A DNA stretch of 64,000 nt from Thermodesulfobacteriota bacterium. Lineage in GTDB: Bacteria > Desulfobacterota > Desulfobacteria > Desulfobacterales > C00003060. The stretch is from assembly GCA_034189385.1 (NCBI GenBank), contig JAXHVD010000014.1, positions 32,001 to 96,000 on the forward strand. The letters run 5' to 3'. How positions within the stretch are numbered: the first letter of the stretch is position 1; each line of letters opens with the position of its first letter. Positions 33,002 to 43,128 of this stretch are shown piece by piece. The notes under the pieces are model-generated. The model saw only the letters and a list, made by a program, of their open reading frames with translations. It searched no databases and was not told where the DNA came from. A program made the position numbers and the translations under genes.

Positions 33002-35101
33002 CTACCGATGGCTCACGGTAATCGCACATGTCGCTATGGTCGTGTCCAACACCTGGCCATCGCGTTTCAGCTTTAGTTTGACTTCAAACGCCTTCTCTGT
33101 GCCGTCAGGGATATGGACGGGAACCTTGATCTTTTTCCCTTGATACCTGTCCTTGACCAGTAGAAAGCCCGTGCCTCCAGACTGGTCGTCAACCTTGGTC
33201 AGTTCAGGATAATGGCTCTGAAAGACCTTGATGAGAGCCTTTACCTTGTATTGGGTGTCTGGAGCCCCCAAGATATCGTAGGCGATGTGAAATTGGATGG
33301 CCTCGCCCGGGAGAAAGTCTGTTTTACGGAGACCGTTCGTAGCTGTTGCATAGGTGTCGGTGATGACGATCCCAGGCTTTCCAAGACCGCTCAGGGGCAC
33401 CTCGAAAATCGGCATATCAGGATCGTTTGACGGAATCGACAAAACAGCGGCCTTTTCGCCATCCGCTGTTGGGGAAAATCTGACGTACACACCCGTCCTT
33501 TGCGAGGGTGTCAGAATCTGACCCGGCCCCCCATCTGTGTTGCCTGATTGGTTGGACAGTGTAGCAAAATTCGATGCATCAGGACCTGTGATCGAAAGCC
33601 CCCCCCATTGCAGATCTTCATTTCCTGCGTTTGAGATCTCCACCTGCAAGAAGGCCGAGGAGCCCCGAGGCACCTCTCCGAAGTCCATCACCGTGGGAGA
33701 GACGACGATGGCCGGGCCGCAGGCTTCTATGATCACCGGTTTCTTGCCTAGGGTCAGCTCAATGGTCCCATCAACGATCGGCACGACATAGGTAACGAAG
33801 GCGTCTTCAAAAAGAACGGCTTCCGCTTCCTGCCCCGTCTCGAACATGGGCACCACCTTCGTCACTTTCACCTCTGACGCGTTCATGGTGCTCACGTCGA
33901 GGGTGACGTCCTTTGAGTTTGTCGTATCATTGAACCAGTCGAACCAGGCCACATAGACCGGCTTTCCCTGTCGTGTAAGAAGATACTGGTAGAGATTGTC
34001 CTTCCCATAGGTGCAGGTAACGGTGTCCCAGTCCGCCTCTCCCAGTTTGTGGCTCATCAGTTTACACGTGAAATAGGATAGCTTTTTGATCCCGGGGCCT
34101 TTGTCGAACTCCCCTTGGCCGTCGTAGATCAGCCCGGTGTACCAGAAGCATCCGTTTTCCCTGCCGCCGGGCCTTTCATAGAGGAAGTTCCACAGGATCT
34201 TCTCAACACCCTCGGATGCGAGATGGACATGGCGCTTAAAGAGATCGACCGCCTGCTTCATTTCACTCTGGCTGGGGTAGTACACGCCATAGGCCGAATG
34301 AGGCGAATCCGTGTAGGTGGAGGTCTCTGTCATCCAGATGGGAATTGAAGGGAAACGTTCCTTTAGAAAATCGATCCGGTTTGAAAAGCCCTTGAAATGG
34401 TTTTTGTTCATGTAGCCGAATCGATGAAAATCGACAATGTCAAAATGGGTTTCATTCTGTAAAAGCGTCTCATAAAAGACGTCGTCCATGTCTTCGAGCA
34501 AAAGACTCCCCAGCAGGACGGAACAGTCCGGGCATGCCTGCTTCACTAACGGATAGACCAGGTTGATCAGCTCGACGTAGTCCTCGGGATGGTACAGCCA
34601 ATAGCTGGGGTTCAACCCGCTAGCCTTGTCGACCTCGTTTTCCATCTGCCAGAATTTGATGGCCGGCCTTTCATCGTCGCTCCACGACGGGGACAGGTTG
34701 TCCCCAGGCTCATAGCAGTCAGGACATTGCTCGGTGCAGCCGTAGTCGGCATCACCGTCATATCTCTCCACGCATCGCAAGATGAACTGCCGGTAATACT
34801 CGGATCTAATTTTTTCCATGTTGGTTGGGGACATGAATGTGACAACCATCTCGCCGTCTCTTTGATAAACCCTGCTAAACTTTTCGTCCGTTTTCTTAAA
34901 AGACCACTCGGCTAAATCTATGGAATAGGTCTTGCTGAAGAGCAGGTTCCCTCTGATGAAACCAACATCCAGGTCTTCCAGGTAGTCGCTCTCAAGGACA
35001 CTTTCAATGCCGAAAAATCCAAATGGAGCTCCATAGGCCGATGGAACAACGGCGATAAGTGATACGATTATCATCACCAAACTGAGTCTCTTGCAGATCA
35101 T
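33002..35101 (-). CDS. Secreted clan GH-A glycoside-hydrolase-like protein with Ig-like (choice-of-anchor D/ASH type) domain
   Basis: Signal peptide from MICKRL (35101), WQMENEVD acid/base, DFHRFG, IWMTET nucleophile; DFGEV...ISNAGNEDL...FSPT...SNDPD domain. Confidence 0.75.
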   Translation of the reverse strand: MICKRLSLVMIIVSLIAVVPSAYGAPFGFFGIESVLESDYLEDLDVGFIRGNLLFSKTYSIDLAEWSFKKTDEKFSRVYQRDGEMVVTFMSPTNMEKIRSEYYRQFILRCVERYDGDADYGCTEQCPDCYEPGDNLSPSWSDDERPAIKFWQMENEVDKASGLNPSYWLYHPEDYVELINLVYPLVKQACPDCSVLLGSLLLEDMDDVFYETLLQNETHFDIVDFHRFGYMNKNHFKGFSNRIDFLKERFPSIPIWMTETSTYTDSPHSAYGVYYPSQSEMKQAVDLFKRHVHLASEGVEKILWNFLYERPGGRENGCFWYTGLIYDGQGEFDKGPGIKKLSYFTCKLMSHKLGEADWDTVTCTYGKDNLYQYLLTRQGKPVYVAWFDWFNDTTNSKDVTLDVSTMNASEVKVTKVVPMFETGQEAEAVLFEDAFVTYVVPIVDGTIELTLGKKPVIIEACGPAIVVSPTVMDFGEVPRGSSAFLQVEISNAGNEDLQWGGLSITGPDASNFATLSNQSGNTDGGPGQILTPSQRTGVYVRFSPTADGEKAAVLSIPSNDPDMPIFEVPLSGLGKPGIVITDTYATATNGLRKTDFLPGEAIQFHIAYDILGAPDTQYKVKALIKVFQSHYPELTKVDDQSGGTGFLLVKDRYQGKKIKVPVHIPDGTEKAFEVKLKLKRDGQVLDTTIATCAITVSHR

Positions 35102-35203
35102 GGTATACCCCCTTGTCTTCTTATCGGTGCGATCTTCTGTTTCTTTAGTCTCTTTTGCTCCCTTTCTTATCGGCACTTCTTGAAGGCTGGCCCCCCACGC
35201 ATC

Positions 35204-35358
35204 TTGAACCGAATAAGCGAGCGCATTCTCCACAGGAGAGCTACCGCAGCCCCGCAGGTTCTGCCTGACGGCAGTGGTTCTGCTAGTTGGCAGTGCTAGC
35301 GCGGCGCAGGCTGCGGGGTTAGCGAGCGTGTAATTAAAAAGACAACAACCTTACGGTG
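35204..35358. mobile_element. Family B element, long form, inverted and truncated
   Basis: Near-identical reverse complement of 21532-21686; one hairpin end missing. Confidence 0.85.
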
Positions 35359-35660
35359 AGCGATTCTTTTGGATTCTTGCTTGGAATAGACGGGGGCCCT
35401 TGTGATTTCTTATTTTTGAACCCCATGAGATCTCGGACTTGGGTCGCTTCCGAGTCATGGCCGCACTGGCTCATCGGCACCCAATCGGTGCGGTGGGAGA
35501 CCTCTGGCGGCAGCCGACGGAATGAGCATAACTTATTGACATGAGGAGTAATTTTTGATATTTGATAGTAATTGTCTTGAAAATCTTGGCAAGGTCAAAG
35601 GCTCATCGTTGTTGAAAGAGGGCAAGGCCTTAGGGGGTTCAAAGGGTGGCAACGGGAAGG

Positions 35661-37169
35661 TTATCTGATCTCAAATTGCGGCCGATAGTCCTCCACGATC
35701 GGAAAGTTGTCCAGGCGTTTGTGGATAGCAGCTTGAAGAAAGGAATTCACCCACCAGTAGATGTCCTGCTTCTTTAGGGAGCCGCGCAGTCTCTTCATGC
35801 GCTGTCGTCTCTCCTCTTGCGTCATCTTGAAGGCCTGATAAAGGGCGTCTGCCACCCCTTCTGTGTCATGGGGGTTCACCAAAAGCGCCCCTTTTTGCAG
35901 TTGTGGCGCGGCACCGGCGAATTCGCTCAAGATAAGAACGCCATTCTCTTCCAGGCTTGCCGCACAATACTCCTTGGCGATCAGATTCATGCCGTCTTTA
36001 AAGGGGGTCACGAGGGCGATCTCGGCAGTACGGTAGTAAGCTACCAACTCACTTCGGTCCAGGCTGCGGAAGACGTAGTGAATGGGTACCCACCCAGACT
36101 GCGTAAACTCCCCGTTGATCTCACCTACCAGACGCTCGATTTCTACCTTTAGATTGCTATATTCCGCTATCTCTCGTCTGCTGGGCACCACCACCTGCAC
36201 CAAAACCACCCTCTCCAGCAGCTCTGGATAACGGCGGAGGGCATTCCTGAAGGCCTCCAGCCTCTCGATAATGCCCTTGGTGTAGTCCAGCCGGTCAATA
36301 CCCAGGATAATCTGTACTTCAGGCAGTTGTTCATGGATGAACCAGGCCTCATCGGCCACCCCTTCGGTGGAGGCAAGATCGGCGAACTCTTTGAAGTCGA
36401 TGCTGATGGGAAAGACGCCCACCCTCACGTGGCGGTCGCGAAATCTCATGGTAATGACCCTTCCCTTCCCCTGGACATAGACGCCCTTGACGAGACTGCG
36501 CACGCATTGGATGAAATTGCGCCGGTCACGCACGGTCTGAAAACCGATGAGGTTGTAATTCAAAAAGGACTCCAGGAGCTGAAACCTCCACGGGAGTCTC
36601 AGAAAAATGTCGAGGGGTGGGAAAGGGATGTGAAGGAAGAAACCGATGTCCTCGGTTACGCCCAAGCGGCGCAGCTCCCGCCCCACGTTGATGAGGTGGT
36701 AGTCGTGAACCCAGATGTAGTCATCAGTGGCTAAGTGTCCTTTGATCACCCGGGCAAATTTCCTGTTGACCCTTTGAAAGGCTGCCCAATAGGAGGGATC
36801 GAACTTGCACATGGAAGGAAAATCATGAAAAAGGGGCCAGGTAATCTCATTGGCGAATCCACAGTAGTACTTGTCTCTTTCCTCTGACGAGATGGCCACC
36901 GGCTTGAGCGTAAAGCCAGAGTTTTGGGTAAACTGTGCCAGGATTCCCTCCAATTTCCCGCCAGAGGCCTCTGTTGTCCCTGGCCAGCCGACCCACAACC
37001 CGCCCCGATCCCTGAGCACTGGAGCAAGGGCCGTGACCAGCCCCCCAGATCCTGGTACGGCCCTCCAGCCTTTTCCCCGGTTTCTTTCCAAGACCACGGG
37101 GAGGCGATTGGAGACGATCAAAAGACGGGTCTTGAGGCTGCCTTGTTGATAAGCCTGGTTCGTTTCCAT
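35661..37169 (-). CDS. otsA: Trehalose-6-phosphate synthase
   Basis: [52 protein letters not shown]. Confidence 0.96.
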   Translation of the reverse strand: METNQAYQQGSLKTRLLIVSNRLPVVLERNRGKGWRAVPGSGGLVTALAPVLRDRGGLWVGWPGTTEASGGKLEGILAQFTQNSGFTLKPVAISSEERDKYYCGFANEITWPLFHDFPSMCKFDPSYWAAFQRVNRKFARVIKGHLATDDYIWVHDYHLINVGRELRRLGVTEDIGFFLHIPFPPLDIFLRLPWRFQLLESFLNYNLIGFQTVRDRRNFIQCVRSLVKGVYVQGKGRVITMRFRDRHVRVGVFPISIDFKEFADLASTEGVADEAWFIHEQLPEVQIILGIDRLDYTKGIIERLEAFRNALRRYPELLERVVLVQVVVPSRREIAEYSNLKVEIERLVGEINGEFTQSGWVPIHYVFRSLDRSELVAYYRTAEIALVTPFKDGMNLIAKEYCAASLEENGVLILSEFAGAAPQLQKGALLVNPHDTEGVADALYQAFKMTQEERRQRMKRLRGSLKKQDIYWWVNSFLQAAIHKRLDNFPIVEDYRPQFEIR

Positions 37170-37235
37170 GATGGAGCACCTTTCTCACCCCGCCGTTCAT
37201 CCTGACGTTCGGGCGGGGCTGCCAATCAATAGATT

Positions 37236-37552
37236 AGTAACGTTCAAAAGTGTTGACTTAGTGGATTTCTGGACCACCAACTTCGAGATAGGGATAGTCG
37301 CTTCTCTTCGGCATTGAACCCTCCCCGCGGCAAGCCACGGGGAATCTTCACCGCAAGGATGTTGTCATTTTAACTATACACTCGCTAACCCCGCCGCAAG
37401 CAGCGGGGAATGCGCTCGCTTATTCGGTTCAATGCCTTTAGGTAGCCTATGCCATTTGTGTAGATGGCAATGGCTGTATGCCTGCGTTCAGCGATCATCC
37501 CTATCCCTCTGACTGTCTGCTAGGGCCTTTGCCTCAACTTTTGAACGTTACC
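37236..37552. mobile_element. MITE family A, copy 3, interrupted by a family B element
   Basis: AGTAACGTTCAAAAGT / ACTTTTGAACGTTACC with perfect 8-bp direct repeat AATAGATT (37228-37235, 37553-37560). Confidence 0.93.
37314..37432. mobile_element. Family B element, short form, nested in MITE A
   Basis: TTGAA, hairpin CCCCGCGGCAAGCCACGGGG, spacer, hairpin CCCCGCCGCAAGCAGCGGGG, TTCAA; absent from MITE A copies 1 and 2. Confidence 0.9.
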
Positions 37553-37558
37553 AATAGA

Positions 37559-38353
37559 TTAGAGAGTGGCTTTCTGCCAACGCCTAAAAAAGTCCAGCAA
37601 CTCGTCGGGGGGCCGAAGCCAAAGATCGGCCTTTGTCTTTTTAAACTCCTCTCTCACCAGGACGCCCAGGCCCCGCGGGCTGTGCGTTTTAAGCGCGGTA
37701 AAGGCGTCTTCATCTGTAAGATCGTCGCCCAGATAGGCGGCTACGGTATCCATCTGCATTTCAGCCAGGATGGTCTCAACCACTTCACCCTTTGTGATCC
37801 CCGGGGGCCGCAGCTCTAGACCGCCGTCAAAGGCCTGGAGGCAAAGGCTTGTTCCGGCCACCAGAAGCGGCACGTGGCCCAAGGCCTTTTCCTGCATTTT
37901 CCTTTTTTCCTGGTTCTTCATGCCCCGCCAATGCAAGGCCAGGCCAAAGGGTTTCCTCTCTAAGTGGGGCCCCCAACCCATCTCCGCCATCCAGGCGGCC
38001 GTGGCCTCCAGTGCTCGCCTGTCTTGCCTGGACAGCGTTCCCTTTTGATAGGTGCCGTCCGGCAAAAGCCTCTCCCCGCCGTGGGAGCCCCAGATCTCAG
38101 GTGGCTGCCTGAGGCCAAGGAGGGCAATGAGCTCCTCTGCACGACGTCCGCTCACGACCACCAGCCGGGTGGCGCCTTGTTCGATAATCTGCTTGAGGAC
38201 CTCTACCACCCCCGGATATGGGAAGGCCTTGTCTCGCTTCACCTTAAAAGGAGCCAAGGTCCCATCATAGTCTAAGAGCAGGGTCCGGCTTTGGGATTGC
38301 TTAAGAGAGGAAAAGAACTGCGAAGGATGTCTTTCCTGATTGAGGACCTTCAT
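37559..38353 (-). CDS. otsB: Trehalose-6-phosphate phosphatase
   Basis: LDYDGTL, SGR, GSHG, ELRP...KG, GDDLTDEDAF. Confidence 0.94.
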   Translation of the reverse strand: MKVLNQERHPSQFFSSLKQSQSRTLLLDYDGTLAPFKVKRDKAFPYPGVVEVLKQIIEQGATRLVVVSGRRAEELIALLGLRQPPEIWGSHGGERLLPDGTYQKGTLSRQDRRALEATAAWMAEMGWGPHLERKPFGLALHWRGMKNQEKRKMQEKALGHVPLLVAGTSLCLQAFDGGLELRPPGITKGEVVETILAEMQMDTVAAYLGDDLTDEDAFTALKTHSPRGLGVLVREEFKKTKADLWLRPPDELLDFFRRWQKATL

Positions 38354-38454
38354 GGCTACGCCTGCGGTGGAAACCCTTGTGCCGCCTTGTCTTGGGACAA
38401 AACCTCCCATTTCTGAACGGACAGGCCCTTGGTTGTCGTGCCCACCGATGGGGA

Positions 38455-39693
38455 CTATCCTAACTCGATCCTGTCCTGACAGCCATGGACGAGGGCCACC
38501 ATGAGAGTAAGGTATTCTCTGAGTTGTCGGGTGATAAGAAAATTCTCACGCACAAACTCCTTTGCCTTTTGTCCCATCTCCTGAAGTCTCCTGGGGCGCT
38601 CCAGCAGGTAGCGGACCCTCAAAGCTGCGCCCTCTGGCGTGTTGACCAAAAAACCGGTGTGGTTATTGATGACCTGTAGCCTGATGCCGCCCGTGTTTCC
38701 GCCGATCACGGCTTTTCCCTTCCACAGGGCCTCTGTCACCGTCAGCCCGAAGCCCTCCTTGATCGACTTTTGCAGGACCACATCGGCACTCCGTTGCAGG
38801 GCATTGATCGTGCGGTGGGCATCCGCGGGCAAGTCCAACACATGGATGTCACCGTCATTCTCAGAGAAGGCCTCCACCTCGCTCAGCACCAGTCTCCCCT
38901 CTGGGTCGTCATTGGCCTGACTTCCTGCTAAGACGAGCTGCAAGTCGGGGACGTACTTTTTGGCCAACCTGAAGGCTTGGATGACACCAAGGGGGTCTTT
39001 GAACCGGTCGAAACGGGAGACCTGGAGCATGAGTGGCCTCTCAAGGTCAAGACGGAACTGGTCGCAGACAGCTTTGAGCTCCTCCTCTTCAAGGTCCACG
39101 TTCTTTTCACTTAAGGGATCAATGCTGGGAGGAATCAGATACTGGGGATGGGGCAAGGGTTGGGCAAAATCAGACAGTGAAAAGATACTGGCATCAAAGG
39201 CCTCCAAGAACTTGCGTAAATACTTCCAGACAGGTCTGTAGGGATGGCTGAGATCGATGTGGCAACGCCAAATCCATCTGCCCTTGCGCTTAGGACACAA
39301 AGAAAGAAGCGGAGCTGGTTGGGGATCATGAATGATCACGAGGTCTGCGGCCTCTAACAAAGGGGCCAGGGCCCGTGCACTCCGTTGGTTGGTCTCCTCG
39401 TAAGACTGGAGTAAAGCGTCTGGGATTTCAATCCTGTCCCCTTGCAGGGCATTGTGGAAGCTTTTGGTACATTGAAAGAAGTTCTCATCTCCGGTGATGA
39501 CTTCCCAGCTGGTGTCAATGCCCAAGGCCTGCATGAGGGGGACGAGCTTGACCAGGATTTCGGCGACCCCTCCTCCAAGGCGGGTAGAGTTGACATGCAC
39601 GACCCGGAGACCTTGCAGGCGCTCTGCCAGTTGGCCCAGTTGGTTGGTCACATCTTCACCGGCTACCCTGGCGTATGCTTTGAGGATCTTCAT
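38455..39693 (-). CDS. treT: GT4 glycosyltransferase, trehalose synthase TreT-like
   Basis: HVNST..GGGVAEIL, FHNALQG, IHDPQP, WRCHID, SRFDRFKDP, EGFGLTVTEALWKG. Confidence 0.9.
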   Translation of the reverse strand: MKILKAYARVAGEDVTNQLGQLAERLQGLRVVHVNSTRLGGGVAEILVKLVPLMQALGIDTSWEVITGDENFFQCTKSFHNALQGDRIEIPDALLQSYEETNQRSARALAPLLEAADLVIIHDPQPAPLLSLCPKRKGRWIWRCHIDLSHPYRPVWKYLRKFLEAFDASIFSLSDFAQPLPHPQYLIPPSIDPLSEKNVDLEEEELKAVCDQFRLDLERPLMLQVSRFDRFKDPLGVIQAFRLAKKYVPDLQLVLAGSQANDDPEGRLVLSEVEAFSENDGDIHVLDLPADAHRTINALQRSADVVLQKSIKEGFGLTVTEALWKGKAVIGGNTGGIRLQVINNHTGFLVNTPEGAALRVRYLLERPRRLQEMGQKAKEFVRENFLITRQLREYLTLMVALVHGCQDRIELG

Positions 39694-39700
39694 AAAAGGA

Positions 39701-40378
39701 CTACTTTCCGAAATAAGACTGGAACACGTTGCTCAGTTGCTCGCGCAGCTCCTTTAAACTGGAAAAAAAGGGGTCCAGCTTGGCCAAACGGGCACAAAGA
39801 TCTTCATAGCCCTCAAAGCATCCCCCCAGCCAGGCCCTGAAGTCATCGACCCTGTCCTGGGTCCGCCGGCGACCATCTACAAAATGCAAGAACACACTGC
39901 CTAAGGACATGTGAGGCACGGCCTGGGCAAGCACTTCAGGGCGTTCAATCCGCTGGCGCGTGTCAAAGACAACGATCTGTGAGCGAACGAAATAGAACTG
40001 ATTCTCTGGCTTGGCCCAAGAGACCAACTCGAATTCATCCAGGCGTTCTTCGATGACCTCCACCAGCTCCTGACGCAGGGCCTCCAGGTCCGTGAAATCG
40101 GTGGGGTCAATGACGCCCAGTCTTTCGGCCAAAACCAGGTCCTGTAGGGCGTAACGGGTCCAAATGGCGAAATCATTGTGGTATTCGGGATCGTCGAAAC
40201 GGGGTCGGAGGAGCCCCCCCCAAAAATGGTAGTAGATGCTCTCTGGGTGGATGGTCAGCAGGTTGTCCCTGAGCTCTCGTAAATTCTGGGCTCGCTTGCC
40301 GGTGGCGATGGCGGCCAGGGCACAATCCTGCACTTTAAAAGGCTGCTTCCCTTCCCTTTGTGCTGAGTCGTTTTCCAT
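39701..40378 (-). CDS. DUF5752 family protein
   Basis: AQNLREL...SIYYHF...NDFAIW...LAERL and a second SVFLHF...DDFRAWL unit; directly upstream of treT. Confidence 0.85.
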   Translation of the reverse strand: MENDSAQREGKQPFKVQDCALAAIATGKRAQNLRELRDNLLTIHPESIYYHFWGGLLRPRFDDPEYHNDFAIWTRYALQDLVLAERLGVIDPTDFTDLEALRQELVEVIEERLDEFELVSWAKPENQFYFVRSQIVVFDTRQRIERPEVLAQAVPHMSLGSVFLHFVDGRRRTQDRVDDFRAWLGGCFEGYEDLCARLAKLDPFFSSLKELREQLSNVFQSYFGK

Positions 40379-40585
40379 GGATTCACGTTTGGGGTTTAGA
40401 AGATATCCCACCTCTGCGTTTCGGCAGGTAATCCACGACAGAAGCCCTGTCCAGCACAGTGGTAAAGGCCTTGATAGGTCTCAAATTCCTCAGAGGAGCC
40501 ACAATGCGTGGTCTGTTCCCAACTATCCCTTATCATGTCTAAGCCCTTGGCTACAACTGTAAACCTTTCTTTTCAGATGAAAACT

Positions 40586-40610
40586 TGACGGTTTCGCAAA
40601 AAGTCCGATT
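40586..40610. repeat. Isolated family D-like terminal sequence
   Basis: TGACGGTTTCGCAAAAAGTC resembles the 54136 end TGACGGCTTCGCAAAAGTC; no partner end found. Confidence 0.5.
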
Positions 40611-40834
40611 CGCTCGCTTCGCAAGCATTATTGGGATTCATCCTCCGCGACCCTTAATCGCCAAGACTCTCCACCGTGGCGGAGAAGAAAAGCACTTGAG
40701 CAGTTTGGCGTCAAAAACGCGAGCGGTAAACTTGAATCTTTCTCATTTAAACTATAATATAACAAAGTTGGTGTATTGACCAAAGGTGAACCCCCCAACG
40801 ACACTAAGCTTGAATCCTTTAAGGAGGCTAGGTC

Positions 40835-41875
40835 ATGCTCAAGTTTAGAGAACTTAAGGGACATAAAGATGATCATCATCTTAGAAAGGGTACTCCGGTC
40901 ACAGGAGAAGAGATGGATGGCTTCAGGGCATCAAGGCCTGAACCGGGTGACCCAGACACTGATGGCATAACAGGTGATGAGAAGGGTCCACATCTCTATC
41001 AACAGGCTGTTGACTATTGTAACGAGACCTTCTCCGGGGTCAGGCGTAACATGCCCATCTCCATGGACAGATGTTCGCGCATCATTTATAGCATGGTGGA
41101 GGCCTCAGTTGGTAATTCCCTCTATTCCAGAACTCTACACGGCCTAAATGGAACGGATTTTCTTGTGAGCCATTCCGTCAATGTGGCTGTCTATTCCATC
41201 AAAATGGCTGCAGGTCTCGGTTTCAGTAGGCAAAAGCAGGTGGAATTGGGCATGGCTGGCTTGCTCCATGACGTCGGCAAGTGCATGATTCCTGAAGAGG
41301 TTCTCTACAAGGGAGGGAGCCTCAGCGACGAGGAATTCCGTATGGTTCGAGAGGCCCCAAATCACGGATACGACCTTTTGAGATCTCTGGGGAAAAAATA
41401 TGCCTATTTGGCCGAGTGCTGCCTGCAAGTCTACGAGCGGATCGACGGCACTGGTTACCCAAAGGGCCTTAAAGGAAACGAGATACACGAGTATGGCCAG
41501 ATCATTGGATTGGTAAATTTTTACGAGGCCCTCACCCATTCACGGCCCCAACGGGAGAAATTTCTTCATCTTGCAGCCGTGAAAGAGATCATCAAGTCCG
41601 GAAAAAGTGCCTTCCAGAGACACTATCTCAAGGCCCTTCTGAGAACCTTCCCCATTTTTCCATTAGATAGCTATGTGAAGCTGAATTCCAATGCCATCGG
41701 CAGGGTCACCGAGACTTATCTGGATCAGCCCATGAGGCCTAGGCTTCAGATTATAAGCGACTCTCAGGGCAGCCCGGTGTTAACGGAGCAAGTCGTTAAT
41801 CTGCCCGACCATCCCTTCTTATACATCGTCGATTCCGTGTCTAAGGCGGAACTTGGGGAAGTCCTATTCCCTTAA
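40835..41875 (+). CDS. HD-GYP domain protein, degenerate active site
   Basis: HSVNV, LHDVGK, VYERIDGTGYP, C-terminal FPLDSYVKLN...RP domain; AAGGAGG RBS. Confidence 0.9.
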   Translation: MLKFRELKGHKDDHHLRKGTPVTGEEMDGFRASRPEPGDPDTDGITGDEKGPHLYQQAVDYCNETFSGVRRNMPISMDRCSRIIYSMVEASVGNSLYSRTLHGLNGTDFLVSHSVNVAVYSIKMAAGLGFSRQKQVELGMAGLLHDVGKCMIPEEVLYKGGSLSDEEFRMVREAPNHGYDLLRSLGKKYAYLAECCLQVYERIDGTGYPKGLKGNEIHEYGQIIGLVNFYEALTHSRPQREKFLHLAAVKEIIKSGKSAFQRHYLKALLRTFPIFPLDSYVKLNSNAIGRVTETYLDQPMRPRLQIISDSQGSPVLTEQVVNLPDHPFLYIVDSVSKAELGEVLFP

Positions 41876-42230
41876 ACGTCACCGTCCCTTTTGGAAGTAG
41901 CAAGACGCCTGTCACCAGCCCTACCCAAAAGGCGGGGCACCTGTCAGACCATGGCCTTCTCCTTCCGTGGAGTCTCCTCATGGCCCAAATGGCCTGAAGT
42001 TCACCTTGACATAGAGCAGCGTATCAGATACACATAATTCAATTAAATAGGAGACTTGCAATCATTCCATGGAAAAGGAGATGTGGTTTCGCTGACTTCG
42101 CCCGGTGGTGTGAAAGAAAATCGGCCTGTGGTTACCTTCAGGATTACCGGATCTACCGGCTTTCCAGTTGCAGATGAAAAGCACTCTGTCTTAGCATTGT
42201 GATCATTGTGATCGGAATCGGAATGCGTCT

Positions 42231-43028
42231 ATGTACCTCACCTATTGGAAACTGAAAGAGTTTCCCTTTGAGAATGTTCCAAACCCTCGCTTTTTTTTCT
42301 ATTCCAGTCAACATGAGGAAGCGCTAGCACGGCTTTTGTATGCGACCCAACACCAAAAGGGGGCAGCGCTGTTGACCGGTGAAGTGGGTTCTGGCAAGAC
42401 CACAGTGGGCAGGGCATTCATGGATCAGTTGGGCCAATCAGAGTATCACGTGGTTTCCATCATCAACCCCGCCTTAAATCCCACTGAGCTTATTGGCGCT
42501 ATTCTCCTAGAAATGGGATCGGAGGTGGCGTCCGATTCTAGGGGGGTCCTTTTGAGAAAGCTCTATCAACGGCTCCTCCAGAATGCCGAACAAGGGCTCA
42601 AGACCGTCCTTGTGGTCGATGAGGCTCAGGTCGTCGAGAGCAACGCCACCTTCGAGCAGTTGAGAATGCTTCTGAATATGCAAGCGAAGAATCGCTTTCT
42701 GCTCACGTTGATCCTTATGGGACAACCCTTGCTGAAAAAAAAGCTAGCTTCTGTCAGGCCATTGGACGAAAGGATATCCATCAAGTACCGCATGGAACCC
42801 TTCACCTTTAAAGATACGGTGCGATATATCTTGTCTCGGTTGAAAAAGGCCGGGGCGTCTAGCCCTTTGTTCACGAGACAATCGGTGGATCTGATTTATG
42901 ACTACTCCCACGGGATCCCCTTGCGTATCAACAATATTTGCGATCGCAGTCTCTTGATAGGGCTCATGAAAAAGGCCAAGATCATAGACTCGAAGATTGC
43001 ATTAGATGCTATTGAGGAGTTTCAATAA
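42231..43028 (+). CDS. ExeA-family AAA ATPase
   Basis: MYLTYWKLKEFPF..PNPRFFF, GEVGSGKT, VVDEAQ, LMGQP, GIPLRINNICD. Confidence 0.93.
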   Translation: MYLTYWKLKEFPFENVPNPRFFFYSSQHEEALARLLYATQHQKGAALLTGEVGSGKTTVGRAFMDQLGQSEYHVVSIINPALNPTELIGAILLEMGSEVASDSRGVLLRKLYQRLLQNAEQGLKTVLVVDEAQVVESNATFEQLRMLLNMQAKNRFLLTLILMGQPLLKKKLASVRPLDERISIKYRMEPFTFKDTVRYILSRLKKAGASSPLFTRQSVDLIYDYSHGIPLRINNICDRSLLIGLMKKAKIIDSKIALDAIEEFQ

Positions 43029-43128
43029 GACGGCCAGCCTGGGCCCTTTCTGCCCTTGTCTGTCAGGGCCATGACCGCTTTGTGGCCTGTGCATCTAAAT
43101 GGGGAGCTTGTGTTGACCTGAGGGGAAG

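Noticed and set aside
35102..35233. 44-aa N-terminal extension of the GH-like ORF
   Set aside because: It begins inside the family B element; the signal peptide starts at 35101.
35420..35520. Possible c-di-GMP-II riboswitch (GGCAC...GGAG...GCCGAC with two hairpins)
   Set aside because: The pseudoknot partner GTGC is not in the expected place and the orientation points away from the adjacent gene; needs an Infernal search.
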